This document shows, piece after piece, positions 37,372-49,820 of a stretch of 64,000 nucleotides of DNA. The notes beneath the pieces are model-generated. The model was not told the origin of the DNA, ran no database searches, and saw only the letters and a list, made by a program, of their open reading frames with translations. The position numbers and the translations under genes were made by a program. The stretch's first letter is position 1. Each line of letters begins with the position of its first letter. The DNA comes from Octopus bimaculoides (taxonomy: Eukaryota), in assembly GCF_001194135.2 (NCBI RefSeq), contig NC_068981.1, positions 128,418,489 to 128,482,488 on the forward strand. Direction: 5' to 3'.

Positions 37372-39194
37372 ACTACATATGTGTATGTGCATGTGTGTGT
37401 GTGTGTTACTGTCTCCTTGCCTCGACATTGTGTCACAGTTGCAAATAAGTGTCATCATCATGCAAGCAGTGTCCGTCATTTACAATCTTCTGTGAAAATA
37501 TGTTTGGTCATGGGGAAATATTACCTTACTTAAAACAAGTGAGGCAGTAATAAGGAGGGCATCCAGCTGTAGAAAATCTGCCTCAACAAATTCCATCCAA
37601 CACCATAGACAAGTGGAGATGATGATGATGATGAATATTGGTGACTGTTTTTTTTTTTATAAGTAGCACATATGTAAGAAACAAATTGACATGTTGTCAT
37701 TAGTATCAACAGATTAAATTAAACTTCATTCAAATCATATTTCTCAAATAATTTGGTTTCTTTTCATTGCAAAATTTCATATTTCTGTGAGAGAGATACA
37801 CACACACACACACAGACTCACATATATATACTGAGTCAGACAGCCATGTAACCACACAGACAGATAGACATGCTAAATAGAGAAACTAAGAAAGTGACAG
37901 ACAAATAGATGAAAATACCAATTTTTACATTTTTTATTGTTTATTTTTTTATATATACCTTCTTTAAGAAGGTGTAGGAATGGATCATGTGGATTTATCC
38001 TTTTAAGAACAGAGCTTACAAAAGAAGTAGGAGAAAGTGCTGCTGCTGTTACTACTGCAGATGATGATGATGATGCATATATAACAAGGTCACTGTGTTG
38101 CAATGTAAAGTACAGAAAATATTGATTGGTGGGGAAATAAGATATGGAATTTATAATAACACTATCCTTCACCACAAGTAAAGATGATCTCTGTAGAACT
38201 GTCAATCCCATAAACCTGAGAAGGATGAGGAAGTTAGAGAGACTTGAAATAATATGTGAAGTAAATGAAGGATGGCAAGGTGATGATGACGACAGGTTTT
38301 GAAATGTGATAGAGAACAGATAAAGCACACTGGATAAAGTTGTTAGAGCTATCATAGCAGGGGTTAGAGGTAGGTTAGAGAAAATTTGGAATGGTAAAAC
38401 TTAACACTGTAAGAGAGAACTAGAAGCAACGACAGACTACTTAAGGAGGTCTCTATGTGGTTGCATGATTTGCTAGAAATAACAACCAAATCTCACTCAA
38501 AATCACACTCCATAATCTTAAAAAAGGAAGGACACATTGGAAAATGTTATTCTAGATACACTGTCTGGTGCCTTTTGCAGAGTTTATTCTGTTGTAAGTA
38601 TTTGGACTAAGGCTCTGGTCTGAAGATGACTCAATATCTTAATGCACTGCTTCCTAGAGCAAGAGTCCATGAGCCAAGGGTTTTTTTTTCTTCTATTACC
38701 TTGAAAGCCCTGCAAAGTTCAGGTGTATTGCAATTCCTCCCCTCTCAAAACCATAAAATTAATAAAAACTAAAAAAAAAACACAGATGGTCATAGCAGGA
38801 ACCTCTTCGATTATAGATCTGTTCCATATAAAAGTTGACCTGGAGCTAAAGAACAACTAGAGCTTACAGGTAGTTACTTGACCTGCTAGAAATAGCAGCA
38901 AAATCTCCCTCCAAACGAAATTTAGTCTTAAAGATGGTAGAACACATTGAACAATATAATTCTATAAAGCAAATGTATGAAAGAGTATACTCTATTACAG
39001 GGTTACATTATCCAAAACATACTGTTTCATGTATCAATAATTGATTTATATAGGTGTAGGCGCAGCTGTGTGATAAGGAGCTTGCTTCCCAACCACATGG
39101 TTCCACATTCAGCCCCACTGCATGGCACTTTGGGCTAGTGTCCTCCACTAAAGCCTTGTGAGCGGATTTGGTAGACGGAAACTGAAAGAAACCC

Positions 39195-40056
39195 GTATGA
39201 CGCATGTGTACGAACAGCCATGCTACATGGCAGTGAAACATGGGCTGTGACTGCTGAGGACATGCGTAAGCTCGCAAGGAATGAAGCCAGTATGCTCCGC
39301 TGGATGTGTAATGTAAATGTGCATACCCGTCAGAGTGTAAGTATCTTGAGAGAAAAGCTGAACATAAGAAGCGTCAGTAGTGGTGTGCAAGAGAGACGAT
39401 TGCGCTGGTTTGGGCATGTGGTGAGAATGAATGAGGATAGCTGCGTGAAAAAGTGCCACTCCCAAACAGTTGAGGGAACCCGTGGAAGAGGTNNNNNNNN
39501 NNNNNNNNNNNNNNNNNNNNNNNNNNNNNNNNNNNNNNNNNNNNNNNNNNNNNNNNNNNNNNNNNNNNNNNNNNNNNNNNNNNNNNNNNNNNNNNNNNNN
39601 NNNNNNNNNNNNNNNNNNNNNNNNNNNNNNNNNNNNNNNNNNNNNNNNNNNNNNNNNNNNNNNNNNNNNNNNNNNNNNNNNNNNNNNNNNNNNNNNNNNN
39701 NNNNNNNNNNNNNNNNNNNNNNNNNNNNNNNNNNNNNNNNNNNNNNNNNNNNNNNNNNNNNNNNNNNNNNNNNNNNNNNNNNNNNNNNNNNNNNNNNNNN
39801 NNNNNNNNNNNNNNNNNNNNNNNNNNNNNNNNNNNNNNNNNNNNNNNNNNNNNNNNNNNNNNNNNNNNNNNNNNNNNNNNNNNNNNNNNNNNNNNNNNNN
39901 NNNNNNNNNNNNNNNNNNNNNNNNNNNNNNNNNNNNNNNNNNNNGAAACTCTGCCAAATTAGATTGGAGCCTGGTGTAGCCATCCGGTTGCACCAGTCCC
40001 CAGTCAAATCGTCCAACCCATGCTAGCATGGAAAGCGGACGTTAAACGATGATGAT
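39195..40056 (+). mobile_element. 5'-truncated RTE LINE spanning an assembly gap
   Basis: Encodes YDACVRTAMLHGSETWAVTAEDMRKLARNEASMLRWMC..RRLRWFGHVVRMNEDSCVKKC. After the gap comes the 3' UTR ending GGACGTTAAAC(GAT)n. Confidence 0.9.
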
Positions 40057-40083
40057 GATGATGATGATATACATACATATACA

Positions 40084-40094
<11 letters not shown>

Positions 40095-40129
<35 letters not shown>

Positions 40130-40318
40130 TCCCGCCACCATCACTTGACAGCCAATGTTGGTGTGTCCCCATAACTTAGCAATTCGGAAAAAGTGACCGA
40201 TGGAATAAGTACTAGGCTTACAAAGAGTAAGTCCTGGGGTCAATTTCTTCGATTAATGGTGGTGCTCCAGCATAGCCGCAGTCAAATGACTGAAACAAGC
40301 AAAAGAATAAAAGAATAG
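40095..40318 (+). mobile_element. Interspersed repeat ending GTGCTCCAGCATAGCCGCAGTCAAATGACTGAAACAAG(AAAAGAAT)n
   Basis: Homologous copies at about 9320-9495(-), 12510-12790(-), 31170-31380(-), 51980-52205, 61050-61160(-) and 61580-61730. Confidence 0.7.
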
Positions 40319-40439
40319 TTTTATGTCTGAAATCAGAGTGGTAACAGCTTAAAAAAGATTTGATTATAAGTCCATTCGATCAGAGATGGCCTTCGGCTAA
40401 AAAGCAACAGTTAAAGTTGGGGTTTGACAGAGATTGGGA

Positions 40440-40970
40440 TGAATCATCATCATCATTTAACTTTCCATGCTGGCATGCGTTGAATGGCTTGACATGGAGC
40501 TGGCTAGCAGGGGGCTGTCCAGACTCCAACTGTCTGTTGTGGCATGGTTTCTATGACTGGATGCCTTTCCTAATGCCAACCACTTAACAGAGTGTGTTGG
40601 GTGTGCTTTATAAGTGGTACTGGCACCTGAAAGGACAAGTTTGTATGTGTGGAATACAGCGATTTTACTTAGCTTGACACGTCTTATCAAGAACAACAAA
40701 TCACCACATCTCCCAGTCCCTTGTCATTTCTTCAGTGAGGCCCAGCGTCCAAAGATCCTTTCTCACAAACTTCATCCCATGTCTTCTTAGGTCTATCCTT
40801 TCCTCAGGTACCCTCCACAATTAGAGCCCAGCACTTCTGTACATAGCTGTCCTCATCCATATGCATCAGATGACCAAACCAGTGCAGTCTTCTCTCTTAC
40901 ACACAACATTTGATGCTTCTTATACCCAGTTTTTCTCTTAAATCATTTACACTCTGTCATGCATGCAAAT
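40440..40970 (-). mobile_element. 5'-truncated RTE LINE
   Basis: (CAT)n, 3' UTR and reverse-strand QSVNDLREKLGIRSIKCCVQERRLHWFGHLMHMDEDSYVQKC..GRGRPKKTW-like remnant. Confidence 0.85.
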
Positions 40971-43178
40971 CTGGAACTTTATATTAGGCTAGGTTAGAAA
41001 ATCTCAGGAAAAATTATGTATCATGTTACTGAAATACTATATATTATGTTCAGTTAAAGATTTCTTTTACTTAGCCTCTAAACAGTGGGAGCAAGAGTGC
41101 CAAACAGGCAAGGGTAATTTTTATACTTCTTTTCATCTTAAATAATTACAAAAACTATTATAATAATTAGGCTCTCACACAATAAAATTTACAATTTCAT
41201 AATAACAATGTCATAGAATATTCACTTTCTTTTGATGATGGCCTTTTCTGTGTAAAATGTTTGAAACATCATGGTGGATTTGTAAAAGGAAAGAATTATC
41301 TTTCTTAATGGCATCAATGAAATGCGTGAAGAGAAATGGTTAGTCAAGAATTAAAACTAATCTTAATAGGGTCAGCTTAATAATACTGAACTTAATTCCT
41401 TAGAATTCACCACTAGTAGGATATATTACAAAGATGCAGCATATCCTTATCAGTGACGAGGTTGCAGTTCATGCAACAAAAACTTTGACACCATATAACA
41501 ATAACTAAATGTTTAAGTGAAGGTAAGTCTTTGTGGGCTTTTGAATGGCTAACATGTCTCTTCCGTGTTACAATCAGTTTACAGAGTGTATGTTATTCAG
41601 TTGAGATTAAAGATGGATGGCTCTGGCAGTTTGAAAGTAGATTACAGTATCTGGTTCACTTCCTCTTTTTTTTTTCATCTTCCCTTGAAAGCTCTGCAAA
41701 GATCCAGAATATTACTATTCCTCCCCTCTCAAAACCATAAAGTTAATAAAAAAATTTTATAATAAAACAGATGGTCATAGCTGTTCAATATAAGTGTCGG
41801 CCTACAGTTATATGCAAAATAAACAGCAGTCAAGTTTATTATTAATTAATAAAATAATCAAGAATCTCTCTGTTAGTTGAATCATTATTTTAATCCATTA
41901 AAGTAGGGTACAGAAAATCATTTATTTTAGATAAGAAAACCAATTTTTGAAAAGAGAGTGAAAAGAGATTGAATCAGCTTTTATATATTACTGGTACATA
42001 ATGATAAATAAAAAAAAAAAAAAAAAAAAAAGATAACATCCTCCTGAATCATATTGATTCATAGGGCTGGTTTCCTGGTTACTGTGGCATATATATTTCC
42101 AACCTAGGAATATGGACTGGACACAAGTCCATCGCAAGATTACTCATTTTTGCTAGTTGAGTGGACTGGAGCAACATCAAATGAAGTGTTTTGCTCAAGA
42201 ACACAATACATCACACAGTCCAGGAATCAGAACCACAGTCTTACGATCATGACTCAAACCACTGAGCCTCCACAGTATATATTGTATCATCCCTAAATAA
42301 ACAACATTGATCTTACAAATTTGAACTTACACTTTTAAGGTACCAAATTAAATAGTAATGCATCCACTCTATCTTTGAAGTGTGCTTTTTTTTATTTCTA
42401 GTGTCATAGACACCTATATATTGATTTCTAATTTCATCATAAATTTTAAAGAGGAATATAATGGAACTAATCCAAGTACATCATTGTTATTTATTCTGTC
42501 AACCTCATAAACATGGAAGATGATAGGCAAAGCAATCCCCAGTAAAATTTGAATGTTGGAACTTTAAGTAGCATAACTAAAAATGTTGCATGGGCTTTAA
42601 ATCAGATCTCATTGTTTCTGTCATTCTGCCAACCTCAGATAACTTGATATTGATTTTAAATTTTAGCACAAGGCCAGCAGTTTCGGGGTAGAGGGGTAAG
42701 TCGATTACATCAACCACAGTTATTTTATCAACCCCAAAAGATATGAAAAGCAAAGTTGACCTCAGTGGAATTCAAACTGAGAATGTAAAGACTGACAAAA
42801 TGCTGCTAAGCATTTTGCCCAGCATGCTAACGAATCTGCCAGCTTTCTGCCCTAACCTTAGACAACTGTAAAATTCATTTTACTGTAAAGATAAAAATAA
42901 AACAAAAAATGATTTTAATCCTTCAGTGGCCTTTTGTTATGTCCAGAATAGATAGACTTAATTGGAGACTTGAAGCCTACAAAAATATTTAAGGTTAAAA
43001 GCAGATGAATTTAACTAAAATAGTTTCTATTGTTGATATGAGGTAACTCATCTGAAATGTCATTCACTATTATTATTAATAATATATTTTCATTATTTAT
43101 CAATTTTCTAAGAATCATGAAAATGTATCCATCAATTTAAAATATTTCATTCATTAAGTACGCAAAAAAAAAACTTAC

Positions 43179-43203
43179 CATTTCTATCTGCTCGACGAAA
43201 TAC
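43179..43203 (-). CDS. NECAB1: NECAB-family gene, 25-nt coding microexon (VFRRADRN + 1 nt)
   Basis: Minus strand reads tttttatgtttcAG|GTATTTCGTCGAGCAGATAGAAATG|GTaagt. The peptide VFRRADRN matches NECAB (I/V)(L/F)RRADKN. Its phase-1 end joins the exon at 23157-23265 in frame. The symbol denotes the NECAB1/2/3 family. Confidence 0.9.
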
Positions 43204-45526
43204 CTGAAACATAAAAACAAACCAGTGATCAATTATAATCTCTATTTAGTTTATAATTTTTATATTAATCAGTCAGTGATCAATCATATTTGCCATACAA
43301 TTTTTAATTTTTATGTCAGTAGTAAGTCAGTGATCAATTATAATTTTCATGGCTTTCAAACATTATATATATGAAATCTCATTCAAACTTTCATTGAAGA
43401 CAAACTGTTGAACAGATGCCTCAAAATAGAACTCAAAGCATACAGCAAGCAAGTTTTTCCATTAGTCATTCTACCTTTTAATTTAAATATCAACTCATTT
43501 TTCAAATAGATTCTTATTTTCAGTGTGGACATTGAACATATATAAAATCTTGAGATTTATATCAAATCAATGAGAGAGAAAGAGAGAAGAAAGAGAAAGA
43601 TTTAGCATGAGTTAATAACAAAAGTCTCATGGTAAATTATTCAATGTGATATCAACAACCAATCAGTGAACTATTGAGTGTATTTGCAGATGCTACCCTG
43701 AGATAGTTTCCCCACAGCCATATTTCTGATATAATTAGTATTACTACATGCTCTATATTTTTTATATATTCCTTACCTTATCAACTGAATAAAATGATTC
43801 ACTGAAGAAGCCTAATAAGACATGTCCATTACTCTCACTATTTGGTTTAAAGACCAAACCAACTCCCACACTGCATTTTAAATACTTGCCAAAAATTTCA
43901 GTTGGTCTTATTCAAATTGTTTCCCATGTCCATTTTTATATATTTTCAGCTCCTAAAGAGAATTTTTACCTAATAATTGCATGAATAATTGCAGTTACTT
44001 GAATGTCTAGTTTTCAACTCACTATATTAAGTGTGTGAGGTCCTATTGTATACCAATACAATAGCTATATCTTCCCATAAACAAGCCCAAACCATAAAAT
44101 TTTTTAAAAACTTATTGAGAACCTGTTATATAGGATAGTTTAAACTGCAATTTATATTACTGCAGTAAGTTCAAAAAAGTTCAAATTATATGAGAAGCAT
44201 TGATATGTATACTGAGATAATCACTTTTACTCTATATATTTCAGTTAACTCAAAAAGAAAAATATAATTTTATATTTTAGTGGTTGAAGCAGACGAAAAT
44301 AGATGTAACACGGCAGAATCATAATTTATATCAGACTCCATTCAAACATTAGTCATACAAATATACAAATTGGTTAGAATTTCACTAACACTATGTTTGC
44401 TGTCATCATTATCATCATTTAATGTCCGTTGTCCATGCTAGCATGGGTTAGACAGTTTGGCATGGTTTTCTATGGCTGGATGTCCTTCCTAACACCAACC
44501 ACTCTGAGTGTGTAATGGGTGCTTTTATGTACCACTGGCACAAGTACCATTTGCATGACACCGGGTGCTTTTACATGCCACCGGCAAAGATGGCAATTTG
44601 CATGACACCGGTATCTGCCACAACTGCGATTTTGCTCAGCTTGATGGGTCTTCTCAAGCACAACATAATGCCAAAGGTCTCAGTCATTGCCTCCGTGAGG
44701 CCCAACACATGAAAGAAATTCAGCCACTTTGCCTCTATGAGGCCCAACACTCGAAAGGTATTCTTTACATGCCACCAGCACAGACGCACTTAGCTTGACG
44801 GGTCCTTTCAAACACAACACATAGCCAAAGGACTTGGTCAGTTCTTTACAATAAATTTTCTGTACACCCTCTCCATGGATATAGTAAAATCTGTAGTAGG
44901 CATGATTATGCTTCAAGTGCCCTTTTCAGAAAGATAAATATTTAACAACTTGACGTAACTTAAAAAATACAATGCCACTATACTAGCAGAAATATTTGAA
45001 GTTATTGACGTTGCTTAACTTAGGTCAATCAATTGAATAGACACTATGGCTGGAGGCATCTTGATCCTAACCAGCCTCATATATCTAATCAACATTCCCT
45101 TACATGAACACATTTTTTTAAGATAGTAGGGTGTGATCTGAGGGAGATTTGGTAGCAATTTCTAGCAGGCTCTATCTTTCATTTATGAAATTATCATTCT
45201 TGGATTTATCATCTTGAGTAGATAGTGTTGTATGACAAGCAGTCTATGGCAAACAGTATACCTTGATCTTAGCACAGCATAACGCTTGTAAATTGTCAAC
45301 TAACAGGTGGAACTTTTCGCCAGAACATCATAAAGAAAGCAAATAAAACTAATCTAATTCTCTTTCTCTCCAACTTTAGTGTTCTGTGCTATTATTACAA
45401 GGTATTCACTTTTTCACTCAATGAAGACATCTACTTTAACTTCAATTGGAGGTCCAACAATCTGCTAACATTTACTAATAGCAAAACAGGAAAACTAAGC
45501 TTTAGTTTTTTTTTTTTTTTTAATGT

Positions 45527-45817
45527 TATGAAGTTGTATCAAAAAGTTCCCAGACTGGTTCTGCAGTATGTCAATAGATGGCAGCACATGGTTGCATGCA
45601 CAGTGAGAGCTATCAGTGACCTTCATGAAGCAGTATGTTGAGCGACATCACTGTTTACTTTACAAGTTGTGAAATTTGGGTTTTTATAATCAAGTGTATG
45701 CTGTAGTTTTGCCATGGACGGAAGCAAAGAGCCCATGTGAAATATTGTGTTAAACTTGGGAAGTCTGCTACAGAGATATTGAGCGTGCTTCAGCAAGCTT
45801 ATGGTGACAAGGCAATG
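45527..45817 (+). mobile_element. 5' end of a mariner (irritans-like) element
   Basis: TIR-like TATGAAGTTGTATCAAAAAGTTCCCAGACTGG, then ..QRAHVKYCVKLGKSATEILSVLQQAYGDKAM, truncated. Confidence 0.75.
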
Positions 45818-46149
45818 TAAACACACCAACACTGGTTATCAAGCAGTGATGGGAGACAAACACACCAACACTGGTTATCAAGCAGTGATGGGAGACAAAC
45901 ACAGACACAAAGATACACATGACATATATATATATATATATATACACACACGACAGGCTTCTTTCAGTTTCCATTTACCAAATCCACTCACAAGGCTTTG
46001 ATCAGCCCAAAGTTATCATAAAAGACACTTGCCTAAGGTGCCATGCATTGAGACTGAAACCAGAACTATGTGATTGGGACGCAAGCTTCTTATCACACAG
46101 CCACAAAACTTCTTTCAAAATCCGCTCCACCTCTGTCTCATCATGAATA

Positions 46150-46435
46150 AACATTCATTTTCTCTGATCACTCCAACACAACAATTCAAGCAGAGTCAAC
46201 AGCAGCCTCCCTAAAATCCTTAAAACAGTGCAATGCACAACCAGCTCATGACTTCACTCAACACTTAGATATTTTTCTTTTCAGTGAACTATTTGGAAAC
46301 ATACATTGCACCCCATTCTCAGAAGACAACTTCATTGAGCGTACCAACAACCAAGCTATAGACTTCATGTTCAACACCTTAAAAGTGACAGAGATGGTTG
46401 TAAACAACTAATTCTTTCATCGTCATCTCTCTCTC

Positions 46436-46533
<98 letters not shown>

Positions 46534-47480
46534 ATCAGAGACCACCAGTACACTTTCCATAGTGATGGATCTATAAGTCGTTTTTTTTGTTATTGAAAAC
46601 ATTAGAAAAATTATTCCTCTTGGTTCTGAAAAGCTTTTGACACTTCTGATAACCTCCTACCTAGGTTTTTATTAGTCTGTGTGTACATATGATCTACATG
46701 TTACTTTTAACCACACACATTTCTCTGCAGATAATACCACCATTCACTTCTCTTCAACCCTGGGCCCACAGACATTATCCTCATGCAACAGAGACATCTC
46801 ACGCCAAACTTTTTCTACTTCAATAAAAAAAAATGCTTCAAAGTATACTCAAAGAGAGACATTACAATTTAGTCCCCTAAACCAATACAAAGACACGATT
46901 CCTATACATATCTGACAAATAGTTTCTCATCACACACTCCTAAGCATGAACACACACAAAATTTTCAGATCACTCCAAATGTCAAACCTCAAAATTTCTG
47001 TTGAACTCCTAACATAATTTCATACATATAATATTACAAAAACTGCTGCCTAAAGATTTAGCTTCTTCAAGAACAGAAGATACTTGTCTTGATCAGTTAC
47101 TAACTTTCTACAGAGCTTAATTAAGATTCACATTGAAAAATGTGTAGCAGTAGAACTGGGACTGTTCTACTGCTAAATATGTACATTCTACAAGCACTTT
47201 TTGTATGCCTCTTCTATTTCTGATGCTCCAGACCCCCAACTAAAGACTTTTCCCCAATTATTCCAGCTCACTGAACTTTGTCTTCAAGCCAAATATTCTT
47301 CTTTCTAGATCCCACAAATTAACCCCTTGAACAATGAGTTCCTGAATGCCATTTAGCCTATACACTGGACAATAAATTCACTAACATATATAAGTGGTGA
47401 CCTGAAAAATCAACCACACAAGTTTCAGCCAAGATCAGCTAATTGAGTTTCAGCCACAGGGCAATAATGATTCCAAAACC
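46150..47480 (+). mobile_element. Degenerate CR1/L2-like LINE RT remnant interrupted by a (CT)n tract
   Basis: FSADNTTIHFS..NRDIS (cf. LFADDTT), followed by C-terminal remnants. Many stops; boundaries approximate. Confidence 0.55.
46428..46530. repeat. (CT)n microsatellite
   Basis: Directly visible. Others include (AC)n at about 9490-9553, (AG)n at 9028-9060 and (TA)n at 33055-33117. Confidence 0.95.
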
Positions 47481-48949
47481 AGCCACTCATGTTCAAACAA
47501 TAATCATTGAAAGGAAAATGATTTAGGGAACAATAACAAACACAAAGATAAGACATTCATTACAATTTGTAAGCAATATTAACAAAATAAAATAATCAAA
47601 ATACATTCTTGATACAAATGCAATTAAATTCCATGAAATAACATCTAAAAAGAAAAATCACACAAACTTTAACTTCAAATCGACTCAACTCTTATGGTGT
47701 CACAAAAAAATATTTGACTCAAAGTGGCTACACTTCTTTGAAATAACATAGGTTTTTACATAAATGCACACACACACACGCATCATTCGTTTACACACAC
47801 ACACACACATGTATGATAGGCTTTCACACAATTTTTATGAAACAAATCCCTTTCCTAAGGTGTTCAACAACCCAAGATTATATAGATGTTTGCCCAGGTT
47901 GCATGACAACCATATCTGTACTTATGTCTTCATATTCATATTAATGAAAATAATTCTCCCTTGCTGAATAAAACCAACTAAACCAATTTAGTTAGTATTG
48001 GAAAACATGCTGGGCTTGGTCTTCAATCTGTCCCATTAACCTCTTCATTTTAGATGCTGTTTGACCATATTCCAAGGTCTGATTCTACACTATATCTAAT
48101 AAAATCATCTGAATTGTATGTGGAAAAAGGGGGAGGTGAGGGTAGAGAGAGAAAGACAGAAGAAGATATTGAATTTATTAGTATGTTCATTTAAAACAAT
48201 GATCAAAACATAATAAAATGATAATTAAGTAGATTTACAGATCCATCTTTATCATTTTATCTCCCCCCCCCCTTCTCCCCAACTCTCTTTTTCAATCCAG
48301 CTGTTAATCAAAGGTAGGTGAAGTAGCCCTTAAAGTACTTCAATTCTTACTATTCCTGCATAATAACTACTTTCAGACATTTTACTTGTCTTCCCTTTCT
48401 ATCTTTTTGATTTTTTGAGGAGACAGATTCTTTGGTAAACACAGAATTTCACTTTGATGAATAAATCCTTTCAAATCATTATAATTCCCAGATATTTCAA
48501 TGAATCCTTTCAAATCGTTATAATTCTCAGATATTTTCTTTTAGTTTGCTTTTGTAGTAAAGACAATGGTGCACAGATGTACAAGTACATCAATAACAAA
48601 TTCAGTACAATAACAAATTTGTCAGATCTTCAGACAAATTTTCAACTGTAATATGTAATGATAGAATCAATTTACTGTTAAAGAGAGACACAGAGAAAGA
48701 GAAACAATGAGAGACAGAGACAGAGGGGTGCAGAGAAAGAAGAGGTACAGAGAAAGAAGGGATGACAGAAAAAGAGAGAAACACTAAGGGAGAGAGATGG
48801 TAGGGCTGAAAGAGAAAGAGATGAGAAAGAGACAATGAAATAGAGAAGGAAGACAGCATATATGCAGGTGAATATTTTCATTATTGTAAGTCACTAAAGG
48901 CAGTGATAAAGCAGAATTGTTTTAGTAGAATTATTAGAGTGTTAGACAA

Positions 48950-49568
48950 AATGCCTTGCAATATTTGTTCCAGTTGGCAAAATCATTAGCATGCTGGGCG
49001 AAATGCTTCATGGCATTTTGTCCATCTTTACGTTCTGAGTTCAAATTCTGCCTAAGTTGATTTTGCCTTTCATCCTTTCGGGGTTGATAAAATAAGTACC
49101 AGTTGAACACTGGGGTCGTTGTAAACTGACTTACCCCCCCCCCCACACACACACACACACCTCCCCTGAAACTGCCAGTCTGGTGCCAAAATTTGAAACC
49201 AATATTTATTCCAGCTCTTCATTCTGCATTCAAATCCCCCAAAGTCAACTTTGCCTTTCAGTCATTCAGCATCAATAAAATAAAGTATCAGTCAGAAGCC
49301 GAGATCAATGGTATTGATTAACTCTTTCCCCTCAAAACTGATTTTATGCCTATATTAGAATTAATTATTACAAGGCAGCGATCAGGCAGAATCATTAGCA
49401 AAATGCTTAGTGGCATTTCATCTGTCTTTACATATTAAATTCAAATTCCGCCAAGGTTGACTTGCCTTTCATTCTTTCAGGATCGATAAAATAAGTACCA
49501 GTCAAGCACTGGAGTCAATGTAATTGACTAGTTCCCTTCCTCCAAATTTCAGGTCTTGTGCCTTTAGA

Positions 49569-49603
<35 letters not shown>

Positions 49604-49820
49604 GGTGGTGAGCTGGCAGAATCATAAGCATGCCAAGCAGAATGCTTAGTAGCATTTCATCTGTCATTACATTCTGAGTTCAAATGTCGCCAGGGTCAAC
49701 TCAGCCTTTCATTCTTTTGGGGGTTGATGAAATAAGTACCAGTTGAACACTATGGTCAATGTAATCAAATTATTCCCTCCCCAAAATTGCTGGCCGTGTG
49801 CCAAAATTTGAAACCATTAT
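48950..49820 (+). repeat. Head-to-tail cluster of about four family A SINE copies
   Basis: Repeated GCAGAATC..AAATGCTTAG..GAGTTCAAATTC..GCCTTTCAT..ATAAAATAAGTACCAG blocks at about 48970, 49215 (partial), 49375 and 49610, separated by ATT-rich spacers. Confidence 0.8.

Noticed and set aside
39220-40029. Long ORFs containing X runs (also 25254-25828, 28069-28569 and 58620-59721)
   Set aside because: Open only because they span N gaps. The real parts are RTE remnants or low-complexity sequence.
47630-47670. Possible NECAB first coding exon end (..FSFLD|gttatt)
   Set aside because: Poor donor, no upstream similarity and no usable start. Exon 1 was not identified in the window.
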